Virus record (IMG/VR): IMGVR_UViG_3300042278_000030
Reading direction: 5' to 3' (one strand)
Source: a virus
Length of the DNA: 41,947 nt
The translations under genes and the position numbers were made by a program. Shown piece after piece: positions 8,078-15,657 of the stretch. The notes under the pieces are model-generated. The model saw nothing but the letters and a program-made list of their open reading frames with translations. It made no database searches and was not told the DNA's origin. Numbering within the stretch: the first letter of the stretch is position 1; every line of letters starts with the position of its first letter.

Positions 8078-8104
8078 CAAAATAAAGCCCCGGCTCGCCG
8101 GGGC
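8078..8104 (-). terminator. Intrinsic terminator downstream of the beta-clamp gene
   Basis: Minus strand reads GCCCCGGCgaGCCGGGGC followed by TTTATTTT. Confidence 0.6.
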
Positions 8105-8111
8105 GGTAAGT

Positions 8112-9095
8112 TTAGAGTCTGACCGGCATAACGATCAGGTTGTCATTGATCAGGCAGGGCCTGCCCTCCTGTATTGCCATGGTAACCGCGCCCCCGCCGA
8201 TGGTCGAAAGCGCATCAATCAGATATTGGATATTGTACCCGATAACCAGATCCGCTTGCCCCTCGAAATCAATGGCCGTTTCGGCTCCCTCGTTAACCAT
8301 GGCAATCTGGCCGTCAGCGAAGGTCATTTTGACAAGCGTCCCGCCAAGCGCCATGGTGCGCAGCTCGGCAATCATGGCGTCACAATCAAACGTCACGGAC
8401 TGCGCCAGGTCTTTAGGCACCACTCGCCGCCAATCCACATACTTGCCGTCAATTAGCCCCGTGCTGAACCGGCTGGAGTCACCGTCAATGACTAGCTGTC
8501 GGTCAGATACCATAACCTGGCCGCTCATGGCGCCAATCTGGCGGGCGCTGTCAGCCGGAATAATGATATCCGGCCCTTCGTATGGCAGCTCCGTAAACGC
8601 CAGCCTGTGGCCGTCTGTGGCCACGCAGAAGCCGTTAGTCAGGTGAACGCCGTTAAGGATATGTCGAACGTCCTTTGTCGGGATAGCATGAGCCACAAAC
8701 GCGATAGCATCCGCCAGCTGCTCACCAGTAATGCCGCAATCATCCGCCGCGCCGTAGTCAGGCTGAGGAAAATCAGCGTACCGCAGGCTCTCCAGCTTCA
8801 GTTTTGACCGCCCCTGCTTAATCTGCGTCGGGGTCAGCTCTATTTCGCCTGACTTCATCCCGCCGGCTGCCTTTGCCAATTTGTCAGCTTCAATCGTGCA
8901 CTGTCCCGGCTCGCCTTGCGCCGGGAACTTTTCGGAATAGGTGCGGATGCTATCGTTGGCGGTAATGGTCACGGTTTCGCCGTCGAAGTCTACAGCGACA
9001 TGCGACAGCACCGGGATGGTGCTTTTTGCTCTTGCAACCTTGGCCGCTCGCTTTGTCGCAGCTGCCAGTACGTCTTTTGTGGTCTGGATTTTCAT
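8112..9095 (-). CDS. dnaN: DNA polymerase III beta sliding clamp homologue (short, 327 aa)
   Basis: DnaN-like N-terminus (STIPVLSHVAVDFDGETVTITANDSIRT), central ATDGHRLA and the characteristic C-terminal ...LIVMPVRL. Confidence 0.9.
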   Translation of the reverse strand: MKIQTTKDVLAAATKRAAKVARAKSTIPVLSHVAVDFDGETVTITANDSIRTYSEKFPAQGEPGQCTIEADKLAKAAGGMKSGEIELTPTQIKQGRSKLKLESLRYADFPQPDYGAADDCGITGEQLADAIAFVAHAIPTKDVRHILNGVHLTNGFCVATDGHRLAFTELPYEGPDIIIPADSARQIGAMSGQVMVSDRQLVIDGDSSRFSTGLIDGKYVDWRRVVPKDLAQSVTFDCDAMIAELRTMALGGTLVKMTFADGQIAMVNEGAETAIDFEGQADLVIGYNIQYLIDALSTIGGGAVTMAIQEGRPCLINDNLIVMPVRL

Positions 9096-9109
9096 AATGG
9101 TTCCTTTTT

Positions 9110-9125
9110 GCCCGCCGTAGCGGGC
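9110..9125 (-). other. Intercistronic GC hairpin between the methyltransferase and clamp genes
   Basis: GCCCGC cgta GCGGGC. On the minus strand it is followed by AAAAAGGAACC (the clamp RBS), not a U-tract. Confidence 0.4.
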
Positions 9126-9131
9126 TTTTGG

Positions 9132-10094
9132 TCAAAACAGGTCGTATTGAACTTTTTTTGCGGCTTCCAGGTTTCGGATAGCCAGCTTGAAATAAGATTC
9201 CTTGAGTTCCGCGCCGATGAATTTCCGGCCAGCCTTCAGGCTCATGTAGCCCTCTGAGCCAATACCCATGAACGGGCTCCATACGATTTCGCCTGGGTTG
9301 CTCCAAATCTGCAAGCAGCGTTGGATGACATCCAGCTGCAACGGGCAAATATGCCGCTCGTCGTCGTCGTCACGGCCTTCGCGGAAGTTCAGCGTATCGG
9401 TCTGGTTAATATCGTCCCATACCGGAGAGGCGTACCTTTGCCACACGTCTACGCTGGTGTTGTGGCTGCCCTCTTCTACCGTCCACCCTTCGCGCCCGTC
9501 ATCCCAAACGTGGCGCTTGAAGCCTGGAGCCGGATTCGTGCCAACGTAGTAGGTGAATGCGCCGCTAACTGGCTCTGCGTTATCGCCAGGCTTACGCATC
9601 ATCACCATAGTGTCAGGGATGCCCATGCGGCTCATGGTGCTATCTTTTTTGATCGTCTTATGCAGCAGTCCTAGCGCCTTGGTGCGCTGCATGGCAACCA
9701 CAGGATCCTTCCAGATGCACACCTCAGAGTGAAAAATGAACCCGGAATCCTGATACGCTCGGATTATCTCGCCGCGAAAGTCACGGATACCGATAAAGCC
9801 GTCATTCTGCTTGCTGGTCGGTAGATTCATGCAGTGGATAGCAATGATTCGCCCCGGCTTCATAACTCGGAACTGCTCCTTGATCAGGTACAGGTACTGC
9901 TTCCAGAACTCGTCAGAGTCTTTGCTGTTGCCTATGTCGCGGTCACTGTTGCTGTACGTGTAAAGCGACTCAAAAGGCGGACTGAACACTGAGAAATGAA
10001 CAGATTCGTCCGGCAATCCCATTGCCACTTCTACGGTGTCGGCGTGGTACGCGGCATAGTCGTCTGTCATTACTTGGTCGATTACATTACCCAT
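9132..10094 (-). CDS. Orphan beta-class amino DNA methyltransferase (N4-C/N6-A family, motif IV = SPPF)
   Basis: Motif IV FSVFSPPFESLY lies near the N-terminus and motif I VWSPFMGIGSEG near the C-terminus (beta-class order). No restriction partner is present. Confidence 0.9.
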   Translation of the reverse strand: MGNVIDQVMTDDYAAYHADTVEVAMGLPDESVHFSVFSPPFESLYTYSNSDRDIGNSKDSDEFWKQYLYLIKEQFRVMKPGRIIAIHCMNLPTSKQNDGFIGIRDFRGEIIRAYQDSGFIFHSEVCIWKDPVVAMQRTKALGLLHKTIKKDSTMSRMGIPDTMVMMRKPGDNAEPVSGAFTYYVGTNPAPGFKRHVWDDGREGWTVEEGSHNTSVDVWQRYASPVWDDINQTDTLNFREGRDDDDERHICPLQLDVIQRCLQIWSNPGEIVWSPFMGIGSEGYMSLKAGRKFIGAELKESYFKLAIRNLEAAKKVQYDLF

Positions 10095-11452
10095 TGCGGC
10101 AGCTCCATTTTCTGGTTTGCGTTGTATTCGGTTTTTGTTGTGGCAGCTGAGAATATCTCTCTGTCCATCATGGTCTTCATGTGCTCTACCATTTTCTGGC
10201 CTAGCACGGCGTTCTGTTGGTCTTTGCGTCGTATGTTCTCAACCACTGCGCCCTCGGTATCGGCAGACACAACATGCACATGGACGCGCTCTTTTTGCCC
10301 AAACCGCCAGCATCGGCGGATTGCCTGGTAGTAGGATTCCCAGCTGTCAGACAGCCCGACAAAAATCATTTGGTGGCAGTTTTGGAAGTTCAACCCAAAC
10401 CCGGCAATCTTTGGCTTGCTGACCAAAACTCGAACGTCGCCATGAGCGAACCCGATCAGGCTGTCCGTTTTGTGCTCCGGTTTATCCGAGCCCTTAACTT
10501 CTACTGCGTCGCGGATTGCCGCCGTCAACTTTTCGGATTCTTCGTTCAGGTGGCACCAAACAAGAACCTGCCCATCCATGCTGTTTGCAATCTCGGCAGC
10601 CTTGGCTACACGATCATCCACGCTGGTTTTGCGCGCCTTGTTTCGATCTTGCAGCCCTTGGGCCGGCTCAGCGAATAGAGCGCCTTCCGGAGTCGTCTCC
10701 ACCACGTGAGAGTGGTACACGATGGGCGGTAATTCGTGACGCGAGCCATCAAAGCCGAGATCGTCAGGCTTTCTGATCACGACTGCCCACGTCGCCATCC
10801 ACTGGAAGAACTTGCTTTCCCCGTGTCCCTTGAGCCGCCACTTGCTCACATCACCGCCATCATGGATAAAGAACATGGCGAGCATTTCAACCTGGCTCAT
10901 GATGCCGAGAAATTCCGACTGCGTGCCAAGCTCCATGTAGTCGTTCGGGCTTGGCGTCGCCGTGCAGCTCAATCGGTACGGAATGTGCCGCCCAAACTCC
11001 GTGATCTCTTTCCGGCGTCGCCCATCCATGCCTTTCAGGATGCTGGATTCATCCAGCACGATGCCCTGAAATTCATCCGGGTTGAGCTTATGCAACTGCT
11101 CGTAGTTTGTGATTACAATGCCGGGACCAAAAAACGCCGCGCCGGGATCAGCCTTCTCAACATGAATGCCGTACTTCTGGCCCTCCTCAATCGTCTGACT
11201 GGACACCGCAAGCGGGGCTAGAACGAGAACCGTGCCTTTTGTGTACCTCGCCACTTGATCCGCCCATGCAAGCTGCATGATGGTCTTGCCAAGCCCGGTA
11301 TCGGCAAAGATCGCTGCCTTGCCTCGTTTCAGAGCCCACCTGACGATGGGCTCTTGGTAGTCAAAAAGCGGATAAGGCAGCTCACCAGGCGTAAAACCTG
11401 CCTCAACATGCCGGAACGCCTTTTGCTTCAAAAAATCCTGATAACTAATCAC
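10082..11452 (-). CDS. SNF2-family helicase/ATPase
   Basis: Motif I ADTGLGKT, motif II VLDESSILK, motif VI YYQAIRRCWRFGQ. Confidence 0.9.
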   Translation of the reverse strand: MISYQDFLKQKAFRHVEAGFTPGELPYPLFDYQEPIVRWALKRGKAAIFADTGLGKTIMQLAWADQVARYTKGTVLVLAPLAVSSQTIEEGQKYGIHVEKADPGAAFFGPGIVITNYEQLHKLNPDEFQGIVLDESSILKGMDGRRRKEITEFGRHIPYRLSCTATPSPNDYMELGTQSEFLGIMSQVEMLAMFFIHDGGDVSKWRLKGHGESKFFQWMATWAVVIRKPDDLGFDGSRHELPPIVYHSHVVETTPEGALFAEPAQGLQDRNKARKTSVDDRVAKAAEIANSMDGQVLVWCHLNEESEKLTAAIRDAVEVKGSDKPEHKTDSLIGFAHGDVRVLVSKPKIAGFGLNFQNCHQMIFVGLSDSWESYYQAIRRCWRFGQKERVHVHVVSADTEGAVVENIRRKDQQNAVLGQKMVEHMKTMMDREIFSAATTKTEYNANQKMELPQWVM

Positions 11453-11925
11453 CCCTCCAACTCCCCAGCCCGCAACGCGGACGCCACAATATCGATCATG
11501 TCTTGCTCGCGTGTTTTGTGCCCACGACCGCCGGGCTGCAACGCCTTCTTGACCAGGTGCTGCAATGCCGGATTTTGCACGCGCCAGGCGTGTAGCACGT
11601 CGTACACGTCCACCCAGACGCCGGGCTTGATTTCGCGGTGGTACTTACTGTGGACTCCTTCGGGTACGCTTTGGCCCCACTCCTGCGCCGGCGCGGCTTC
11701 CTCTTCCTCCGTCATAACCAGCCCCAAGTCTCGGCGGGCTTGGAGCCATTGGGCTTTGGTGTATTCGACAGAATAGGGGCGAACTCTCCTGATATAGTCA
11801 GGCTCCCTTCCGTCGTCGTTAATTCCATTCCAGCCAACCGCCCATAAACTGCCCTTTGGCTTTAATGGCCACTTGCTCACATTCTTCGCGAGCCATTTAA
11901 GGTCTGGGTGCATATCATTGCTCAT
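11449..11925 (-). CDS. Hypothetical protein with DUF3310-like C-terminal domain
   Basis: ATG 11925 forms an ATGA overlap with the upstream stop. The C-terminal KPGVWVDVYDVLHAWRVQNPALQHLVKKALQPGGRGHKTREQDMIDIVASAL resembles the DUF3310 pattern as I remember it. Confidence 0.6.
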   Translation of the reverse strand: MSNDMHPDLKWLAKNVSKWPLKPKGSLWAVGWNGINDDGREPDYIRRVRPYSVEYTKAQWLQARRDLGLVMTEEEEAAPAQEWGQSVPEGVHSKYHREIKPGVWVDVYDVLHAWRVQNPALQHLVKKALQPGGRGHKTREQDMIDIVASALRAGELEG

Positions 11926-12185
11926 ACCCGCCACCCCTTAGCCAGCTCGATCAACTCCGGCACGCTCTTATGTTCGCACCCCTCCGGCAGTCGCCCAGAC
12001 TCAACCGCCAGCGCCGTAACAGCGCTGCGCAGCTTGCCAAACTTGGACAAGTTGGGGCTTACCCCATGCCCGCGCCACCGCGACCAGTTCGACGGCGCGA
12101 TGCCCGCCCTGGCGGATGCCTCGTAAACGCCGACGGCGGTCAGCCTCATCAGCTCCGCCAGCTCTTTAACCTCTTTGTCTGCCAT
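11922..12185 (-). CDS. Small HTH DNA-binding protein (Cro/YdaS-like), first gene of block B
   Basis: ASARAGIAPSNWSRWRGHG is an HTH-like segment. SD aGAGGAaccgaaATG. Confidence 0.6.
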   Translation of the reverse strand: MADKEVKELAELMRLTAVGVYEASARAGIAPSNWSRWRGHGVSPNLSKFGKLRSAVTALAVESGRLPEGCEHKSVPELIELAKGWRV

Positions 12186-12216
12186 TTCGGTTCCTCTTTG
12201 TTGGTTGACGGATGGA

Positions 12217-12245
12217 AGTATGGATCATCTACAGCATAGCGTCAA
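12217..12245 (-). promoter_or_regulatory. Sigma70-like promoter for block B
   Basis: Minus strand TTGACG - 17 nt - CATACT, back to back with the + strand promoter. Confidence 0.45.
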
Positions 12246-12270
12246 GGCTAAAATAAATTGCTTTTTAGTG

Positions 12271-12299
12271 TTGACCGTATTGCTTTTGGGTCATACAAT
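12271..12299 (+). promoter_or_regulatory. Sigma70-like promoter for block C
   Basis: TTGACC (12271-12276) - 17 nt - TACAAT (12294-12299), about 35 nt before the ATG at 12335. Confidence 0.6.
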
Positions 12300-12334
12300 G
12301 GAACCATCAAATCAGAAACAACGGAGAGATAGAG

Positions 12335-12601
12335 ATGAAAAAGGTAGGCGGCAACAACTCAGCTCTGAGAGCGCTTGGCGACCGGAATCAAATTACTTAC
12401 AACCTGATGGCGGATGTAGTCGGCGGAGTAAGGCTGCTCGACGTGGATATTGCCGAGGACTTCCGGGAAATTTATGAGGCAATCGACGGCGAGGATTTTT
12501 ATAACAGCTTGGCCGACTGCGGGGAAGATCAGGTTGTGATCTGCTATGACGTAAGCCAGTACTGGAAAGACAAAATTGAGGCCGAGTACGGCATCAACTA
12601 A
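12335..12601 (+). CDS. 88-aa strongly acidic early protein
   Basis: SD GGAGAGatagagATG. About 18 D/E against 8 K/R by my count. First gene behind a near-consensus promoter. Confidence 0.75.
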   Translation: MKKVGGNNSALRALGDRNQITYNLMADVVGGVRLLDVDIAEDFREIYEAIDGEDFYNSLADCGEDQVVICYDVSQYWKDKIEAEYGIN

Positions 12602-12608
12602 GCTAAAC

Positions 12609-12625
12609 GCCGCCCTTCGGGCGGC
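12609..12625 (+). other. GC hairpin after the first gene of block C
   Basis: GCCGCCC ttc GGGCGGC with no U-tract afterwards. Confidence 0.5.
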
Positions 12626-12655
12626 AACACCAACAACGGAAACGGGAGAAACCCA

Positions 12656-12883
12656 ATGACCACCCCACAACACCCCTGCTACATCCAGCAAGCCAGTGAC
12701 CTGCTGGAGACCGGCAAGTGCCAGCTACCGGTTGACTGGTCAGACTTGGCGCGCCGGGTAGCGGCGCACCAGCATTACTCGAAAGCATTGCAGGCCAGTT
12801 ACAAGGGCAACCCCCGGCTGCTGAAACTGATCACTGAAAACGCGGCAATTGCGCTGTGTAAGGATTTTGACCGTGAACTATAA
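12656..12883 (+). CDS. 75-aa hypothetical protein
   Basis: SD GGGAGAaacccaATG. Confidence 0.7.
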   Translation: MTTPQHPCYIQQASDLLETGKCQLPVDWSDLARRVAAHQHYSKALQASYKGNPRLLKLITENAAIALCKDFDREL

Positions 12884-13055
12884 CCCCATAATCGACATCG
12901 CCCTACTCGGCACTGCACTGACCATCGTTGGCCTTATTATCCACGCCACGCAAAAGCCGAAGCGCGGTGCAACACCGGAGCCTGACCGAAAAAAGCTGAA
13001 AGAACATCAGGCCATCCGACGGCTGATTGCGGAGGATAAGCGCCATGGGCTTTGA
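12873..13055 (+). CDS. 60-aa single-pass membrane protein
   Basis: GTG 12873 follows AAGGA. TM helix IIDIALLGTALTIVGLIIHA is followed by a basic tail. Confidence 0.55.
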   Translation: MNYNPIIDIALLGTALTIVGLIIHATQKPKRGATPEPDRKKLKEHQAIRRLIAEDKRHGL

Positions 13056-13707
13056 GTATCAGCGCCACGAAGAACGGGGAATTGAAACAGGTGTATTTAT
13101 GAGCATGAGAGCTGAGTTTGAGAAGCGCTTTACGGTACCCAAGGACGCATGCTGGGATGAGCAATGCCAGAGCTACTGGTGGGACACCAGCCCTGGTGTT
13201 TTCCATCCTTTTAACGAGTCCTGGCTGATCTGGAAAGAGGCGTGCGAATGGCAGGTCTCCGCACTACATGGTGAGGAAATCCACGTGAACGTCGAAGGCG
13301 ACGACGTTTACATGCTGCCGCTCCAGCCGTCCGGCATGGAGTCGCCCAGGTTTGTAGTGCATGTGCCGGCGGTGTCGCATCTGGAGTGGAGCCACACGCT
13401 GCTGGACGGTGAACCCGTCACCCTGAGCGAAGCGGAAGAAGCCGTTGCCAAACTCGGCGAAGGCTGGCGCCTGCCAACTCGGCAGGAACTGGAAAGCCTG
13501 CTTGATCTGTCCCGCCACGATCCGGCCATCGACACCAGCAAATACCCGGATACCAAAAGCTGCGCCTACTGGACCAGCACGCCGGTGGCCGGTTACGAAG
13601 ACGCCGCCCGCTGGGCGGTCTATTTCTGCGACGGCAGTGTCAGCGGCTACGGCCGGAGAGGCAGCGCCTTCGTGCTGGCGGTTCGTGACGTGGAGGAGGG
13701 CGCGTGA
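13045..13707 (+). CDS. DUF1566 (Lcl C-terminal-like) domain protein
   Basis: GGAGGAtaagcgccATG at 13045. The C-terminal GWRLPTRQELESLLDL...YWTSTP...AVYFCDGSVSGYGRRGSAFVLAVR is the DUF1566 signature. No signal peptide. Confidence 0.75.
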   Translation: MGFEYQRHEERGIETGVFMSMRAEFEKRFTVPKDACWDEQCQSYWWDTSPGVFHPFNESWLIWKEACEWQVSALHGEEIHVNVEGDDVYMLPLQPSGMESPRFVVHVPAVSHLEWSHTLLDGEPVTLSEAEEAVAKLGEGWRLPTRQELESLLDLSRHDPAIDTSKYPDTKSCAYWTSTPVAGYEDAARWAVYFCDGSVSGYGRRGSAFVLAVRDVEEGA

Positions 13708-13865
13708 TGAGTGAAAACAAATTCCAAACCAAGCCCCTAAAAAACTGTCGTGACTGCGGGCGCTTTGCCGAGAAGGAACGGTGGGTTCCTGCTTATGAAC
13801 GTAAGGAGCGGCGCCCGCTTTGCCGTGAATGTGCCAGTCTTTACGACAACCCATGGTGTATGTGA
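13707..13865 (+). CDS. 52-aa zinc-ribbon miniprotein
   Basis: Not in the ORF track. TGATG overlap with the upstream stop. Contains CRDCG...CRECA. Confidence 0.6.
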   Translation: MSENKFQTKPLKNCRDCGRFAEKERWVPAYERKERRPLCRECASLYDNPWCM

Positions 13866-13866
13866 C

Positions 13867-14334
13867 ATGAAAGAACTTATTGAATTGTTTGTCGAAAAAT
13901 TTGGTCGTTTTCCGCTCGGATATGTGCATGACGAACTTCTATCATGGGCAACCAGGGAAATCATCACCCTCCGCCAGCAGATTGCCGAGAGCGAAGCGCG
14001 GATAGCGGAGCAGGTAGAATTTGAAGATTATGACCCTGGCCTTCTCAACGACTGGGGTGGTGGAAATGTGGCTTGGTGGATGGAGTACATCAGAACTGAA
14101 ATAGAAAGAGCAAACGATCACTGGCGAGAGCAGCTAGAATCGCTGCCGCTCTACACCCACACCCAGCCCGCCGTGCCGGAGGGGTGGAAGTTGGTGCCGA
14201 TTGAACCTACCCACGAGATGACTGAGCAGGGTGCACAAGAGGCCGATTGGTATGCGCATAATGCGTATGACTGTTACAAAGCAATGCTCGATGCAGCCCC
14301 ACAACCACCGAAGGGGGGCGAAGGCGATGAGTGA
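13867..14334 (+). CDS. 155-aa hypothetical protein (Ead/Ea22-like flavour)
   Basis: ATG 13867 lies just after the previous stop. The C-terminal GWKLVPIEPTHEMTEQG...YKAMLDAAP pattern is common in lambdoid early-region proteins. Confidence 0.7.
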   Translation: MKELIELFVEKFGRFPLGYVHDELLSWATREIITLRQQIAESEARIAEQVEFEDYDPGLLNDWGGGNVAWWMEYIRTEIERANDHWREQLESLPLYTHTQPAVPEGWKLVPIEPTHEMTEQGAQEADWYAHNAYDCYKAMLDAAPQPPKGGEGDE

Positions 14335-15109
14335 TTTCGTTTGGCCATCAGACAGCCACAGGGCCGAAAACCGGGAGCTTGATCGCGTGTGTGATTACCT
14401 GGAGGACACGCTCGACAAACTCGATGCGCTGCGCGCCACAAACAGCGATTTGCTGGCCCTGTACGAAAGCACCAGGGTGGAGCTTGGGAAGGCCCGGGCG
14501 CGGGTGGCGGAACTTGAGTGGAGCCTCGCAATTGATCGTATTGTGCCTGACCTATCTCCCGAGCCTGATCAAAACGAGTATCCGGCAGAATGGTCTGTAT
14601 GGGCGGATCGTCAGAGGGTCAGGCGAGAGCTGTCCCTACTCTCCGCCCCACCATCCGCTATGGTAATGATTAACGAAAAGCCAATCCAAAGACGACCTAG
14701 TTACGGAGGATTTAATATGGAAGACCAAGTAATTGAAAAGAAGATTGACGACAGTCGGTCAGCCAAGGTAACATGGAATGAGTATGGATGTCAACTGCTC
14801 ACACTGAACAACGGCAGACAGTGGTCAGGAGCCGCTATTTATAGTGTTGAAGTGGCAGAGGCAGCTATTGAAGTTTTGAAAGCTTACGTCAAGCAACAAA
14901 AGGGGGCGAACAACGGGGGAGGCAAGCGAAAGATGATGTTCGACGATATGCAAATAGAACGAGTCGCCCGAGCCATTTGCACTGCTTGTGGCGAGGACCC
15001 GGATCATAGCGGGGACTGTCGGGGGAACGACTTCAGATGGCAAGACTACCGGGAAGCCGCAATGGCTGCGATCCGGGCTGTGTTCGATAACACGGGGGAG
15101 TGCGAGTGA
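14327..15109 (+). CDS. 260-aa three-module hypothetical protein with two in-frame internal SD+ATG sites
   Basis: The ATG at 14327 overlaps the end of the upstream gene (stop TGA 14332-14334) by 8 nt. Internal GGAGG+ATG at 14717 and GGAGG+ATGATG at 14933 are both in frame with no stop between them. Confidence 0.7.
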   Translation: MSDFVWPSDSHRAENRELDRVCDYLEDTLDKLDALRATNSDLLALYESTRVELGKARARVAELEWSLAIDRIVPDLSPEPDQNEYPAEWSVWADRQRVRRELSLLSAPPSAMVMINEKPIQRRPSYGGFNMEDQVIEKKIDDSRSAKVTWNEYGCQLLTLNNGRQWSGAAIYSVEVAEAAIEVLKAYVKQQKGANNGGGKRKMMFDDMQIERVARAICTACGEDPDHSGDCRGNDFRWQDYREAAMAAIRAVFDNTGECE

Positions 15110-15279
15110 TGACCCCGGTATCCAAAACCCTGCCGCCCGTCGGCGTGCAAGTCTGGGTAAAGTACGACAACGGGCGCGAAGGCATTAACTGGATAGAGCA
15201 CCTGATTGGTGGCTTTTTCTGGTGCGAAGATGAGGGCAATGTCGTGGAGTGGTGTTATTTGTCTGAGGTGGGACGGTGA
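15109..15279 (+). CDS. 56-aa Trp-rich protein (DUF551-like?)
   Basis: Not in the ORF track. TGATG overlap with the upstream stop. Sequence MTPVSKTLPPVGVQVWVKYDNGREGINWIEHLIGGFFWCEDEGNVVEWCYLSEVGR. Confidence 0.55.
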   Translation: MTPVSKTLPPVGVQVWVKYDNGREGINWIEHLIGGFFWCEDEGNVVEWCYLSEVGR

Positions 15280-15285
15280 GTCGCA

Positions 15286-15579
15286 TTAACCGTCCGACGA
15301 CTCAGGCTTAAAAAGCTGCATCATGCGCGCGCGGTGCAGCTCCGCCTCTCTTTGCTCTCTGGCGCGCTCGCGTTCGTTGCGTTTTCGCTGGTAGTGGAAA
15401 TTGACGACAAAGGTTAAGATGCCAAGCACCAGGGTGATGCCCATCACCCACTGATTGAAGGTAATCGCCCCAAAGGTAAAGCCTGCTGCGTTTGCGGTAT
15501 AGGATGCCTGCGGGGCTAGAGACTCTAACTTGACGTGCAAATTAGGGGCGGCGTTTTCTATGAAATTTCTGAGCGACAT
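15286..15579 (-). CDS. Phage-21 S-like (pinholin-family-like) holin candidate, 97 aa
   Basis: NQWVMGITLVLGILTFVVNFHYQRKRNERERAR parallels [33 protein letters not shown] of S21 (from memory). It is preceded by a weakly hydrophobic Gly/Ala segment. No obvious SD. Confidence 0.55.
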   Translation of the reverse strand: MSLRNFIENAAPNLHVKLESLAPQASYTANAAGFTFGAITFNQWVMGITLVLGILTFVVNFHYQRKRNERERAREQREAELHRARMMQLFKPESSDG

Positions 15580-15657
15580 AATGCACTGGCTCGCGTGTCA
15601 ATTGGTGGCGTTTATGATTAGGATTGTATCGCATATATGGGCGGTTTTCGATCCTGA

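Noticed and set aside
12609-12625. GC hairpin after the acidic-protein gene as an intrinsic terminator
   Set aside because: It is followed by AACACCAACAACGG on the + strand, with no U-tract. It is kept only as a hairpin (a possible RNA stabiliser or processing site).
13045-13707. DUF1566 protein as the variable target of a diversity-generating retroelement
   Set aside because: No reverse transcriptase ORF exists anywhere in the genome, and I could not find a second near-identical (template) copy of the C-terminal coding segment by eye.
13264-13929. Long antisense or alternative-frame ORFs in the ORF track (for example 13264..13929 -, 19718..20404 +, 2278..3090 -, 1556..2230 -, 558..1076 -, 26553..27176 +, 31745..32431 +, 36900..37406 +)
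   Set aside because: They are Arg/Ala/Gly-rich or otherwise low-complexity translations typical of GC-rich non-coding frames. None has an SD-linked start, and all fully overlap well-supported genes on the other strand or frame.
15271-15295. Hairpin GGACGG...CCGTCC at the convergent junction of blocks C and D as a bidirectional terminator
   Set aside because: It has a 6-bp stem, a 13-nt loop and no U-tract on either strand, and it overlaps both stop regions. This is too weak to call.
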